Positions 39,692-52,946 of a stretch of 64,000 bases of DNA are shown piece after piece. Every line of letters starts with the position of its first letter. Position 1 is the stretch's first letter. A model generated the notes under the pieces. That model saw nothing but the letters and a program-made list of their open reading frames with translations, made no database searches and was not told where the DNA came from. The stretch is from the NCBI GenBank assembly GCA_030141605.1, contig JAQGDQ010000345.1:138285-202284 (forward strand), given 5' to 3'. Made by a program: the position numbers and the translations under genes. Source of the stretch: Tubiluchus corallicola. Its lineage: Eukaryota > Animalia > Priapulida.

Positions 39692-39735
<44 letters not shown>
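38050..39735 (+). mobile_element. 5'-truncated CR1-group LINE; RT ORF open from 38098 to 39573; (TAC)n tail
   Basis: Motifs HPRILNE, YRPVSLL, QHGF, DLKKAFD, SGVPQGSVLGP, LFADD, EKDLG, VRSKVEY and WNRLP. The 3' tail of ~14 TAC units lies at 39692-39735. Confidence 0.95.
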
Positions 39736-40280
39736 AGTAATGGCGGCACTTGCACAATGCAATTTATTACGCAAATATGAAACTAACATTACATAGATTG
39801 GCAAGTACAAAAAGAAAATTATATACAGGTAGAACTAACGATTACAATAAAAAATATTAAAAAACAGACGTACAATGTTGAATTTCATCAATTCACCTAG
39901 ATAGCTGTAAATGTTTGAATAGACTTATTTCCATCAGATTCCTAGAAATCCTTATGCAGCTGATCAATCGTGCATAGGAGAATTTTCTCATTTTCGACAT
40001 TACAAACTTCATTCTTCATATTTTATTTTTCATATCCCAAAACATTCATACGGCAGCTGCCATGACAAATGATTATGGCTGCATGATTAAATTCAGTGGT
40101 TTCTCACGACCAAACCATAACAAATGAAAAAAATCGCAATGTGATTCGAGTGTGGGCACTCTAGATCCAAGGGCTATGCTAATAATTCTATCAATATTAG
40201 TGTAACTTGTTCCTATAAATCCACATCATAACGGACCAGTGCCCGCATCTACGGAATATATTTACAGAATTATTGTATCT

Positions 40281-41156
40281 ATTGCGATTGCGACTGCGAT
40301 TGCCATACTCGACTCTCTCCACCTATCATAGGCGGGCACCTTTATAGGGTGCAAAGTCTATTATTCTTTAACGCTGATCTTTTATTTGTCTTTTCCAAGT
40401 CTAATGTCTTTATTTGTCTTTATCCTGTATTCCATACATTCGTTCACTAGATTTCTAATTTCTAGCAATCCTTCCTTTTCACTGTTCATTAATACATCTG
40501 AGTTCAAAATTTTTTCCATTCTCCATATCTGTAACATCTAAGCATATGTTCAGTAGTGTCATCATCTTCCTCACACACTGGGCATAATAACTGATCCTTA
40601 AACTCATTCTTGTAGTTCCCCTTAACTTTAATCATATTCAGTCTTATTTTCAATATATCTTTAACCTCTTCTGGCTTGCATGTGTCTATGTAATTTTGTC
40701 GTTTCCACTCCTTATGCCTTTAAAAACTTAATTTAGTGCTGCTCCTGCATTTTTCTGCACATTCGCTCTTTATACAACATTCAATCTTATTCTTTATTTC
40801 TTTCTTCCATTCAGACTTTTTCATGACTTTCACCCTTTCTTTATTAGCATCTACGGTATATATTTTTGCAGTCTCAAATACTTCATTATACCATGACCTT
40901 TTGTGTACACTGTTTATTTGCATTTCGAGTATCTGTGATGCTAATCTCTTTTGTTTACTAATCAGTAAATTCCGATAGAACATCAACCTCCTATAGTTTA
41001 CTTTATGTTTTAGAGGCCATATGCCTTTTTTCAGTTACTAATCCCCAGTATGGCGTTGATTCACTAAGATTAAATAATGTTTTTAACGCATTTGCTTGAA
41101 TCATTTCTAATTTCTCTCAATCAGTTGCTGTCAAATTTGACCATGTCTCAGAACTG
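40281..41156 (-). mobile_element. LINE 3' fragment, same family as 2465-3869 (copy 2)
   Basis: Colinear and highly similar to 3055-3869. Intact CPVCEEDDDTTEHMLRC finger. Tail GCAATCGCAGTCGCAATCGCAAT. Confidence 0.92.
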
Positions 41157-42719
41157 TGATAGGAATTCTTCAAAGAAATTTGAAACATTGTCCAAAAGCT
41201 GTCAAAGACTCTGCTTACAAATCGATATTAAAACCAAAATTAAAACAGTCTTCTTCGGTATGGTAATCCAAACAGAAGCAATAGCATTTTGAAGCTTGAG
41301 CGAGTGCCATATAGATCAAAAAGATTTGTGTGCAATTATATCACAGAGCTGTTAGTGTAACATTTATGATAGATTCTCTGGAGGGCCAAGCTTAGAACGG
41401 CAACGTTTGTGCATAGTTCAGGGAATCTTATAAGTTCATGTAGGTATTAATAGTGAGTTACCAGAGCTACCGGGTAAGGTCGAAATTCACATCAGTACAA
41501 GCTTCAGCGCTATAGCAGTCCAACAAAGATTGTTTCAAATATTCAATAATTTTGACCATGTTGAGTTATCCAGTGGATAATCTATCTTCACATATTGTGC
41601 AAATCTTGACCACAGTGAAGATTAGAATAGCAATACAAGAGTTTGACCTGATTGGATAGAAATCGTATCAATGTGCATTAGAAAGTGCTATTTCGTTGCG
41701 CATGTACGCTACAATAATATTCCTAATGGAGAGTTGCAGTATCTACATTCAGATTCAGAGAATATAGAATATAAGTTGATGACATAGCAGGATGGGAGTA
41801 ATGAACAAATAAACAGGATTGAACGTGTCTGCGAGTAGTATATTTTGAAAAAAAGAAAAATATATTTTTGGCGTCAAGAAATCTCATGCTAAAACTGGTT
41901 AATGGAAAACAAAACATTTTTGCATTAAATGATTAAGTATTAGTAAGAGAAAGAAGTGAAGAAATTTCAGAAACAACTTGGTATAAGTACTCAAGTGAAA
42001 ACATAGAAAAAAATGGCAAAACAAGATATTAATATAACAAATAGAGAAGTAAAAGTGTGTATATGATAAGAGAAGTTTAATTAATATGTAGAAATGTGAA
42101 CCGAGTTTGAATATTATAGCGATGGAAATGACATAGCATTTGTAGTTCATTACAGATGCATCTAATTTCTACTTTGTTTTGGAGAATTGAATTGAGTCAA
42201 ATAAAATTTTTATTTGTCTCATACAAAGAAGAATATACAGCAAAGTGTTAGTGACAAAATAGTAATTAACAGGATCAAGAGATGGGGCAGAGAAAACCAC
42301 ACGGCCACCGAGCGTCCACCTCTCACTCATAATATAATGTGATAAAAGTGTAAGTTAGTGGCTAAAGGTGGCTAAAAAACATGCAGTCTGGGAGCAGAAA
42401 AAAATATCCCTGTGGGACTTATACATGTCACATAATTATGTTGAATGTCTGATCCTGGATGCAGCAAAATTGCGAAACACAATTTCAGCTTCTGAGTTCT
42501 AAGCCTCAAAATGAGCCTGAGCAGTTTTGTGTAATTGGGAAAGAGGCTTTCACCATTTCGCCATTTGAATCGATCTTCCACTGAACACCAACGAAAGTTC
42601 TGGTGATTGCGCTTGTAACTTCCATTGACAATTAAATTAAAGCCTTTCATCCACCAACCTTGGCTGCCATTGGTTTCTTTTTATAGTACATAGTTTTGGC
42701 ATTTTAAGCTGTAAAGGCG

Positions 42720-43430
42720 AGTTACCTTACCTTATGTTACCTTATGTTGTTTTGGCAAAGTTGTTCTAGCCAAATCGTGTATATATGCTCATATCCATAT
42801 CCTCAAGGGAGGCCTTGTATTTGTAGACTATATCTTTCCCAGTCTAGTGCTTGTCCAACCTTCTCTTAAATACATTGACACTTGGTGCACAAATGATCGT
42901 TGTAGTACCACATCGTTGGGTAAACTATTACATGCATCTACAATTCGGTGCGAAAAATGATTCCATCCTATACACTTTTTTGATCTGAACTTATATATAA
43001 CTTTAGTGGATGGCCTCTGGTGATTGATGTGGCCACCTGGGATCTCATTTTCAACTATGGGCTTACAGCTTTATCATTTATATTCGTTACGATCTTATAA
43101 GCCTCAATCATGTCACCTCTCAGTTTCCTGCAAGCTAGTGTTGGCAATTTAAGGAACTTTAGACTTTAGTTACTAAGCTTTCTTGTCGCATATCTTTGTA
43201 CTTGTTCTAGCTGATCTACATATTTGACCATTGGTGGGTGCCATACTGAGCTTGAAAACTCAGATGAATATACTATTTGTCAAAGTAGTAAAAGCTCTAG
43301 TTATTATCTCCACCATCTTCTTAGCTTTGCTTATCTTTTCCTGGATGTGATGTTCAAATGTGAGCAACCTATGAAAAATAATTTCACCATCAAGAATCAA
43401 CCTTTGAAGGCATGGGATCAAGAATTTTTT
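42720..43430 (-). mobile_element. Degenerate CR1 LINE 3' fragment with a (TAAGG)-like tail
   Basis: The minus strand encodes remnants LRGDMIEAYKI, HFSHRIVDA and APSVNVFKRRLDKH. Tail ACATAAGGTAACATAAGGTAAGGTAAC. Confidence 0.8.
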
Positions 43431-44691
43431 TGCTAGAAAACTTAAAATTGTCGGAGTTAAAATCTTCGCCAACCACCACCTATCACCACACATGCATACA
43501 TTTGCCGGTGCCAATGTGAAAACCATGGTTATGGTTTAATAATATACTGCTTAACAAGTTAAGTTAATTAATATACTGCTTAACAACAGAGTGAGACTAT
43601 AGGCATGGTTCTGCAAGGCTAGTGTTCACTACATCAATCATAAGTTTTGTCAATATCAATCATAATTTATAGGGTGCAGTGGTGTCCGAAATAGCACTAC
43701 CTCATGGGGCTCAAGTGAGTTGAGCACGTAGGCCCTCAAATATGCAACCAAATGGGGCCCAATTGTACCATGCACGTGCTTGCTGTCTGGGGTAATGTAC
43801 GTTCATCGGCTAATGTCAGCTATCCAGTTTTTTACACTCAAATTAGGTCATGTGACCTAGACTGGCTTCTTATAGAATGTGTAAAATATTTATGTAGTAT
43901 TTATACAATTTACACAGTAGTACTTATAAAATATAATATAAGTACAAGACAATAATTGAAAAAAATTTAAATGCCCTAATATTACCCTAATATACCTTAT
44001 TGGCTAATGGCCACATGCTATTCTCTACTTTAGTGACATATGTATGATGAGTGGTTTTAATTAGACTAAGTAAATTTACAACAATGATATAGTAAAAAGT
44101 ATTAGTAAAAGCTAGTAACTACTTTCCAGTTTCTACATCTTTGACGTAGGTTACCGTGTGCTCGCACCTTTTGCTCCGAAAAAGATAACGACTGTCAAAA
44201 AGGTTTGCAAAGTATAAAAAGTTTCGTATGTTGCTGAAACGAAATTACTTGCAGAAAAGTGAAATTTTGGAAATTTGCGGGTCATAACGGTAAAGCCTCT
44301 AATAATAATTGTAACTACTTTTATACTGGTCACATTTTAAACAAATGACCACTTTTCCGTGTTTGTGTATCACTTTCGGTTAGATTTAAGGCATGATATT
44401 TATTATTTAATTTTGTATGGAGTTCATCCGTGTAACAGCCTCCCTGCAATTGTTTTTGAGGCAACAAGCACCGATCAGTTTAAGGAAAGTATGATAAGCA
44501 CTGGTCGCATAATCCAAGTAAATTCAGAGTCCCAATGATTTTCAATGGGAACAAAATATTCTAATGGGTGCTTGATGAAAATGGCACAGGTTAAGTTGGC
44601 ACAAGTAAAAATCACAGGAAAAAAGGGCACAAAAAAGAGTGCACCTATAAAATATGAGTTTATGGTTAGGGTCACTCTTATCGATAATTAT

Positions 44692-45230
44692 TTTTACCTC
44701 TACCATGGCAGTTATGTTTCAATATTGTTTGTTTGATTGTTTTTTTCTGTTACATAGCAATGAGCAAAACTTACAGATTTCCATGAAACTTTGAGGATAA
44801 AGGACAAGGAATATGCATTTTGACACAGAATCGTAGACACAGGGAGTTGATGAAAACTGCCATAATGGCCATTTTTTCACCCATTTTTTTCACAGAACTT
44901 GACGGAACACCATGTACAAAAACACATGGGCGTTTTGTGGCGGTCTCATTGGAAAGATTATAGCTCGTTGGAAAGAGGATGATTTGACTTCAAGTTAGAG
45001 TAACTGAATCCTTTATCACCACCAGGACAATCAACTACGAGTTTGTTCCAGGTTCCATTTCGAGAAATATCTGTCAGTCTGTTATCATCACCATAGGATT
45101 TAAAATGTAGTCAAACCACACTAGGAATGTTTGTGCATTATTTAGTTACAGCAACATTAGTGAAGTTAAGTGGCAAATAGCACAAATGCTAATACCCCCA
45201 CCAATGGATTTTGAAGTATGTGCAGTTTAT
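44692..45230 (+). mobile_element. Degenerate Helentron-associated (HINE-like) non-autonomous element
   Basis: TTTTACCTCTACCATGGCAGTTATGTTT, a GTTT microsatellite, GATTTCCATGAAACTTTG and TATAGCTCGTTGGAAAG; this layout is typical of such elements. Boundaries are approximate. Confidence 0.4.
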
Positions 45231-46875
45231 AGGTCTGAAAACGTAAAAATATCATTTGTAGGTATTTATATTGAACGAAATGGAGTATTGAAAGTCTGTT
45301 TTTTGCATTTGTGTTCCATGATCCAGATAAGTAATATTGGTGACCTTGTGTTGCATGAGTCCATCAGACACGCATAATCGTAAGTTTAAATGTTAAAGAT
45401 ATGAAATATTATGTTGGACCTTGCTTATGCAAGTGCTTACTATGCTCTAGTACATTGCAGGATTGTTTGATTATACACCAATAAATTTTATGATTTATTA
45501 TATATTCCGAAATTTGGTATTCGCTTTGTAAATATAAAACATATTTGCCTCCATTGTAAGACAATCATACCGCTAAACGGTTAAAGTTATTAATAGAAGT
45601 GGCCTTTAGTATATAAAGATACATATAATTAATGCATTTTTGAAACTGTCCTGTGTGGTTTGTAGTCTTACTGTAGTCTGTAGTCTTACTTAAGTTTTAC
45701 TTCTGACCAGTAGGGAATAATAGAGATCTATTGTATTTCACCTTTTGAGAACTGAGAAGCTATGTCAGATTGTTTGATGTTTGCTCATTTTTTTAAAAAC
45801 ATTAAAGTCAGCGACTCCTGGTGCAAGTATGATTTAAAGTGAGAAAAGTTTCATGGTTGATGTCAGTAAACCCACATAGGATGTTGAACAGCTGTACCAG
45901 TCTAACATGTCATGAGAAGAAAGTCGGCAGAGTCCAAGACATTGCTGTTTTTCGGTATAATGATAAATTGTCTAGTCCCTGGATCATATTGATTGCTGTT
46001 TCTTGTACTTGCACTTGTAAGGTGTTGATGTCTTTCTTTTCATTTTAAATTATAGGTTCCGTATCTGACATGCACAGTCTAAGTGTGGTCTAACAATAGA
46101 CACATAAAGGGGTAGAATAACATTAGATGCTGTTGATATGAGTGGTTTTGATATTAGTCTGAGTTGTTGGTTGCCTTTCTTCGCTTTACTGATAATATGA
46201 GATTATATGGTGACAGAAGTTAAGACTGGCTACAAAGATGAACTTAAAGTAGTATTGTTTGATATTGGTTTTTGCCGAATCGATACGATATTGCAAAAAA
46301 TTACCTGATAAGTATTTTTTGTTTATGTGTGTGTCACCTGTAAATTCACCTGGAAGAACTGGATAAGGAGCATAGTTTTTGTTTGTAAGCCTACTCATTC
46401 CAGCTAATCCTAAATTTATACTACTTACACATTTAAGTATTGATGATGTATCTTATACTAACATTAATTTCATGTGCAACATATAGTTTAAGAAAAGTAA
46501 ACTTAACCAAACACAATGAAATTTGGTAGCTTAACACTGAGATTAAAGTTTCATTAAACTGAAATATATGCTGTTGAATTTAATTAACATCATTCTGATT
46601 TCCGACTCATTTTTGTAAAATTTAATTGTAAAATTCCAATTGATTTAGTTAAATTAGGAGCATCATGAATGAAATTCAACCTTATAAGTTAATGGCAATG
46701 TTGTTATATGAAACAAATACAAAAAGGTTAGCACTTGAGCTTTAGCAAAATGAAGTGATAAATCATTAATGATTAACAAATTCTTGAAATCAAGCAGCTA
46801 TGTGTGAGTTTCATGCAGCCTGTATCTATAGGGTGTGTCATCAGCTGTGGCCAGACACATTTGACTGTTTAACAA

Positions 46876-47106
46876 TAGGGCGTACTGGACGTATGATATC
46901 GGTATAGATTATATCGCACTGCAGACACACCTAGTTGTTCTTTATGTACTGCTATACTATCTGATATGTGTTTACCAGTCCAGCAACTATTTACAAATGT
47001 AGACACTACAGCACCCATGCTTTTAAGCTGTAAAAATTGGTTATATCGATATATCGGGAACTGTCTGATTTTGCTAAATATCAGAGTATCAGATAACGCT
47101 AACCTA
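46876..47106. mobile_element. Degenerate hAT-like MITE with ATATCG subterminal repeats
   Basis: TAGGGC...AACCTA ends with multiple GATATCGG/ATATCG motifs. Confidence 0.35.
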
Positions 47107-49172
47107 AAGACTACGTCTTGGTCAGCTGCTAGTAAAATATTATTGTTGAATCCACGTGAATGAGTTTGTATAATCATAATATTTTAGGTTAATATCAGGA
47201 AGTTGCAGTGTTTTTTACTGCATAGAGGAAAATTACTACTGGACAATTTTATTTATCATACTGCATCTAGCTGTTTTACCTCAATTAGACATAGACTTGG
47301 GCTGCAGTTGCATTTGACCATCCTCATGTCTTTTACCGATATGCAGTATTATTATTGCAAATGTTGATATGTTGATATTTGCTAGCCTTGTGTCTTCTAA
47401 GATGTCTGAATATGTTATTTCCTAGCTGCTGACTAAGCTTTGTGAGCCAAACAATAAAGGGCTCCTTACTATAGCTCTAAGAAATTTTGTGGAACAGTAT
47501 TTAAGATAAGACAAAATTATGTTGCTAAGCAAGTTTTAAATCACTTGACTCCACGTGTTCTTGGTGGGCATATAAACTACTAATTAATACTTTGAGTGAG
47601 TGTATGACAATAACTTAAATAATGTTTGAAGATATCAACTGTATAAACAGTAGGAAGAAGTCCAACTTTTCAAATCTTCCTTTGGCTGTGTTTCTTTTTG
47701 CTGCAACTCCTATAGATACCTTATAGATACGTCTATAAAAATCTCTAGGCTCGATCCATCACCGGGACACCAACTTTTAGTCCCTGACACATTTGTAAGA
47801 TTTTCCGCCTCTGTGTCACACATGAAGAAATTGACATTATTAAGACTATCGATACGTATATAAATGTAATAGTTTGTTGATTCGATTATCAAAATGTTTT
47901 AAGCAGGTGAATTCTTTGCAATTTTTTAGTCTTATGTTCTTATGTTACGTTGTTCTTCATATTATATATGGCAGATGATCGTACAATCTACAATACTTGA
48001 ATTCACAGCTCAAAAGCTTTGTCATGAATTCCGCAAGTAATGGATGAGTGAACAGCCGAATGTCATTCATTTCCATTGACAATTGGAAAGTCAGTTCATT
48101 TGATTTCATATTTTTTCACTTGCACTTTCTTGTAAAGTTTTGCTTTTTTGTTAATCAGTTAAAAATGCATGTGCAGATGCTCTAAAAATGCATTTATTGT
48201 GACTGCAAGTAGAAAATTTTAAAAAACACATTAACTGTCAATTATTAAAAATATTGCAAATTTGTCATATATGTCGTTTTCTGTCGTATGAAACACCCTT
48301 GCATAAAACCATATATTAGATAATGATGAAACATGTCTGAGTTGTTGACAACCTCATGATGAGGAGGAAACACGCAATATTCCATATTTTAAGTATAGAT
48401 AATATGTCCAAAGCTGTCTTGTGCAAAACCCTGTATTAGGTGAAGTAAAAAGCAAGCCTTACAAGTGTCATACAGGGAAAAATCTTATTTATTCTTGTTC
48501 TTTGCTTTCTATGTTAAGTTAATATTTTGATTTTTTTAGTTGTTACAAACACATCTCTCTGGCTTTCTGTTTCAAAATGTTGAATAGGAAGCGATGAGTG
48601 GCCATCACATTTGATTATTGTTTAGAGTTCTCCAAACAGCTACAATGTGTTCTATAAACATTCTGTTTTGTTGTTTGAAAAAGAGAATGTTTTTGACTAC
48701 CATATTGTACTAATTTATTATGTATATAATATACACACACATATATATTTTAAAAGCACTTTGTATCTGACAATTTTAACAAAGAAAATGTATCAAAAAC
48801 AAGTGGTGTAAAACAATTAATGGGTTTAATTATTTGCTGATACCAGTATTAGCAGTGTGTAGCCTTTCTGGTGGGTGTAGTGCTGGCTATCACAAAATTC
48901 CTTCTGATACTAACAGCTCTGTGTTTTAGAAAGTTTTAGTCTAGATTGATCAGTGTAGAACTGTTGGTTTATTTGAAGCATTATGGCAGTGTAAAATCTG
49001 TGGAATCTGCAGGTTTTCTTAGCCATTAACGATTAATTGTTTTATTTCTTTTTTCTTTAGTAACAAAAAAAGAAACGAGCATTTCCTGCTGACCTGTTAG
49101 TGCAAAAATACCCACTGGCACATTGAGGTTTCACTATCCATATCTGATTTTCGATCTACTAGCCAAAATAAA

Positions 49173-50735
49173 ATGGAGAAGGATAAATTAAACATAACGA
49201 AAGGGCGGTTGCATCTTGTGAAAAACAAAGGAAAAGATCAGGATGAAATGAGAAGACGCCGCAGTGAAATTACAGTAGAATTACGAAAGAACAAGCAGTT
49301 TGAACACCTACTTAAAAGACGAAATGTGCTACTTCAAGAAGAAAGCAGTGACCTAGATTCAGACAATGATAAAACGGTTACACCAGCTACGTTAGAGACA
49401 ATTATTCAAAATGCAAGCAGCGATGAACCTGGACTCCAGCTCAGTGCTGTGCAAGCAGCAAGAAAACTTCTATCAAGTGACAGAAACCCACCCATAGATG
49501 ACCTGGTAAACTCCGGCATATTACCTATTTTGGTTCATTGTTTACAGTGTGATGATCAACCCTCATTACAATTTGAAGCAGCATGGGCGCTAACCAACAT
49601 AGCATCTGGCACTTCTGTGCAAACACAGGCTGTTGTCAGTTCGGGTGCTGTTCCATTGTTTCTTCGTCTCTTGGCCTCGCCACATCAAAATGTCTGTGAA
49701 CAGGCAGTTTGGGCTTTAGGAAATATTATAGGTGATGGACCTCAACTCAGGGACTATGTCATACAGTTAGGAGTTGTAAAGCCATTACTATCATTTATAT
49801 CTCCGGAGTATCCAATTTCCTTCTTGAGAAATGTCACTTGGGTTATAGTAAATCTATGTCGAAATAAGGAACCTCCTCCGCCAATGGAAAACATAAAAGA
49901 AATATTACCTGCCTTGTCTCTTCTTATACATCATACTGATATCAACATACTTGTTGATACAGTTTGGGCATTGTCGTATCTGACAGATGCTGGAAATGAT
50001 CAAATACAGATGGTAATAGATTCTGGTGTTGTACCCAATCTGGTACCTTTGCTGAGTCACCAGGAGGTCAAAGTTCAGACGGCTGCTTTGCGAGCCGTTG
50101 GTAATATTGTGACAGGTACAGATGAACAAACTGAGGTGGTACTGAAGGCTGATGCTCTGTCACATTTTCCAAGTCTTTTGACCCACCCAAAAGAGAAAAT
50201 CAATAAAGAAGCTGTATGGTTCTTGTCAAATGTAACAGCAGGCAGTCAGCAGCAGGTACAGCAAGTAATAGATGCAGGTCTAATACCTCTTGTTATTCAC
50301 TTGCTTGCTAGAGGTGACTTTCAAGTTCAAAAAGAAGCAGCTTGGGCCGTCAGCAATCTTACAATTAGTGGCAGAAAAGCTCAAGTATCGTATTTAGTAC
50401 AACAGGGTGTTATACCTCCATTCTGTGACTTATTAAATGTCAAAGATACGACAATTGTTCAAGTTGTGTTGGACGGTATTAGTAACATACTAAAGATGGC
50501 AGCAGAGGAAGTGGAAAATATAGCAAGCATGATAGAAGAATGTGGTGGACTTGATAAAATCGAGCAGCTTCAGAGCCATGAGAATGAAGATATTTATAAG
50601 CTTGCTTATGAAATTATTGACAAATATTTCTCGGATGATGTCGATGAGGATCCAAACCTTGCACCGGAAGAAACACAGGAAGGATACCAGTTTGATGTTA
50701 ATCCAGAAATTCAAAATCCCGGATTCAACTTTTGA
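49173..50735 (+). CDS. KPNA3: Importin subunit alpha, alpha-3 subfamily (KPNA3/KPNA4-like), intronless CDS, 520 aa
   Basis: IBB domain ([24 protein letters not shown]), alpha3-type [16 protein letters not shown] repeats ([37 protein letters not shown]) and C-terminal [18 protein letters not shown]...FNF. A splice acceptor lies 112 nt upstream (ttttctttag at 49060). Confidence 0.97.
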   Translation: MEKDKLNITKGRLHLVKNKGKDQDEMRRRRSEITVELRKNKQFEHLLKRRNVLLQEESSDLDSDNDKTVTPATLETIIQNASSDEPGLQLSAVQAARKLLSSDRNPPIDDLVNSGILPILVHCLQCDDQPSLQFEAAWALTNIASGTSVQTQAVVSSGAVPLFLRLLASPHQNVCEQAVWALGNIIGDGPQLRDYVIQLGVVKPLLSFISPEYPISFLRNVTWVIVNLCRNKEPPPPMENIKEILPALSLLIHHTDINILVDTVWALSYLTDAGNDQIQMVIDSGVVPNLVPLLSHQEVKVQTAALRAVGNIVTGTDEQTEVVLKADALSHFPSLLTHPKEKINKEAVWFLSNVTAGSQQQVQQVIDAGLIPLVIHLLARGDFQVQKEAAWAVSNLTISGRKAQVSYLVQQGVIPPFCDLLNVKDTTIVQVVLDGISNILKMAAEEVENIASMIEECGGLDKIEQLQSHENEDIYKLAYEIIDKYFSDDVDEDPNLAPEETQEGYQFDVNPEIQNPGFNF

Positions 50736-51440
50736 AGATTGATTAACGGTTGAGTCAGTAGTGACTAATCGACATAGCAAGTTTACTTCTAATGTTGAGA
50801 GACTCATGAGTCACCTGATGACTTGGAACTATTCTTGATTTTTGTTGTGAAAGGGCGACCCTGCTCTGGAAAAGTTTTTCCTTATTACTAAATTAGCTAG
50901 AACTAAAAATATCTCACAGCAGATTTTTCCTTTCCATCCAAGCGTAACTAATAATTGGTGGTATATTGATTCGATCTTTTTATAATGTATTCCTAGAAAG
51001 GACCGGAAACAATTATTTTCAAAATTATTGTAAACTAAGTAAGTACAGCAACCAGTCATAAAGGAAACTTTTTTCTTGTTCCAAACTCAGGTTTTGCGTC
51101 TCATGATAAAATTGGAACCTCACCTTTTGATACTGACAAAATAGTATTTGTAAAATTGTGCTTTGTTTTACCTTAGGCAGGTCCTTATATCTTTTCAGAC
51201 ATTATGCTCCATTTTGCAGCTTTTGTCAGTACAGTTTTGTTCTTTAATGAAACTGATTTATAAATTATTTTTCTGCCTTTCAGGAAAGTGTATACATCAA
51301 GCTATGACACCTTCAATATAGAAGAACAAATTGATTGTCCTTTGTGACAGTTGTAAAATGCAAAAATTCGCTTTGAGTAGAGCACTAGATTTTTAGTACT
51401 TATATTTATTACATTTTTAAATGCTACCTTTCAGTTTTTG

Positions 51441-52946
51441 CAGTGATGTGCACAGAGTTTCGAAAGGGCAGGGGCTGAACTAAAAGAAAGGGCACTTCCT
51501 TAAAACTGCCATGTCATATAAGCTATATTTACTGTACACACGTAAATATTTAAAATAATATGTGGTAAATAAAATTATATTTCAAAGTCTTGTAATGTCT
51601 GTACCCCCTCCAGAGGTGGTACAGGTGGTACTCACTCCAGAGGTGCAGTAGTGAGGCATAAGGCCCCCTTTAAATTCCAGAGCCTACAATTTCCACATTA
51701 TTTAATACATAGGCTTGCACTTTCGTAGTTGTCATTCACGTAATGTTCTTTCAGTCTACAAGACATTATGTGTAACACTAGTTCTTGTTGATGTAGGATT
51801 CAAATTTGTTAAATTTAGCAAAGTGGTTCTGTAACAGGAGGAAGCATTTGCCCTGCACCGCCAGTTTCTGCATAGAAACACTAAGTTGTTTTTACAGACC
51901 AAAAGGTTAAATTCACGTACGAACAGTTTACATACTATGGCAAAATACTTTCACTTACGAAAATTTTGACATCTTTGTTTTTGGAACGGACAAAATTAAT
52001 CTATTGTCAAAGTTGTGTTATACCACCTTCAATTACTGCATTAAATTTTATGAACTCTGGCTTTCAAGAGAACAAAAGTTAATTTACTGGTGCTTCTTTT
52101 TTAATTCAGTCCAAAAATGCTACTTGTGCTCTCGTACATACAAAAGTGATTACTGGTATGTTGTAAAATAGATAACAGAAATAAGGCACAGTCAAACCAT
52201 GGGTGGGGCACTTTGTTTTTTGCCCCTTGTAAAAAATTCCTTTGTCTGCTTTTATCCTCTGATGAGCTTTCACTATACCATGCATATTTAGCGTCCTCTC
52301 TTGGCATTGCTGTAAAATTGCTCAGGAAGGCTATGCCCCGAAGAAGCATTATGCCCCACCCTAACCTAAAACTGTTTTATATATCAACAAAGGGTTAAAC
52401 AAAATATGTATTAAAACAGTAGTTCTGGGAATAATACTGAAGACGTGTTTTATAAAATCCCACGTGAGAAAGGTACAGTATGCAAGCTATAATATTAGTG
52501 ATAAAAGGATAGTAAGCCTAAGCTAATATGAAATAACGTTTTCACAAGCATCATCTATGTGCCTGTGTGCTTATATTTTAGACAGCGCATTGGATGCGGT
52601 AAAACAGCAAGGTGAGAATATCACAGCTAATAATGACACTGTAAACAACAAATAAGGGCACAGGAAAAAGAGCACAATTGGAAAAATGCCCCTGTATCAT
52701 TTTCGCTGTTATATACTTGCTTGTACTAATTTTACCTGCATTAATAATTTTTGGGCCCCTGCCAGTGGGTTTTCTATCATTTAAACTTTATAAATATTGT
52801 TTAGTATTAGTGAAAAAATCGAAATCAAGTGCTATTTTTTATCAAAATCCTTTTTTATTTTGACTAAAAGGGCACTTCTGATGTGAAAAACAAAAAGGCA
52901 GGGGCTTAAGCCTCCCTGGCCCTTCCTCCCCTTGCGCACGTACCTG
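51441..52946. mobile_element. Possible old non-autonomous DNA transposon with AAAGGGCA repeats
   Basis: Ends CAGTGATGTGCACAG and GCGCACGTACCTG. AAAGGGCACTTC and AGGCAGGGGCT recur near both ends. Confidence 0.35.

Noticed and set aside
41600-41900. Possible I/Nimb LINE C-terminal zinc finger remnant (ECRYCNSP) on the minus strand
   Set aside because: Too degenerate to delimit or classify by eye.
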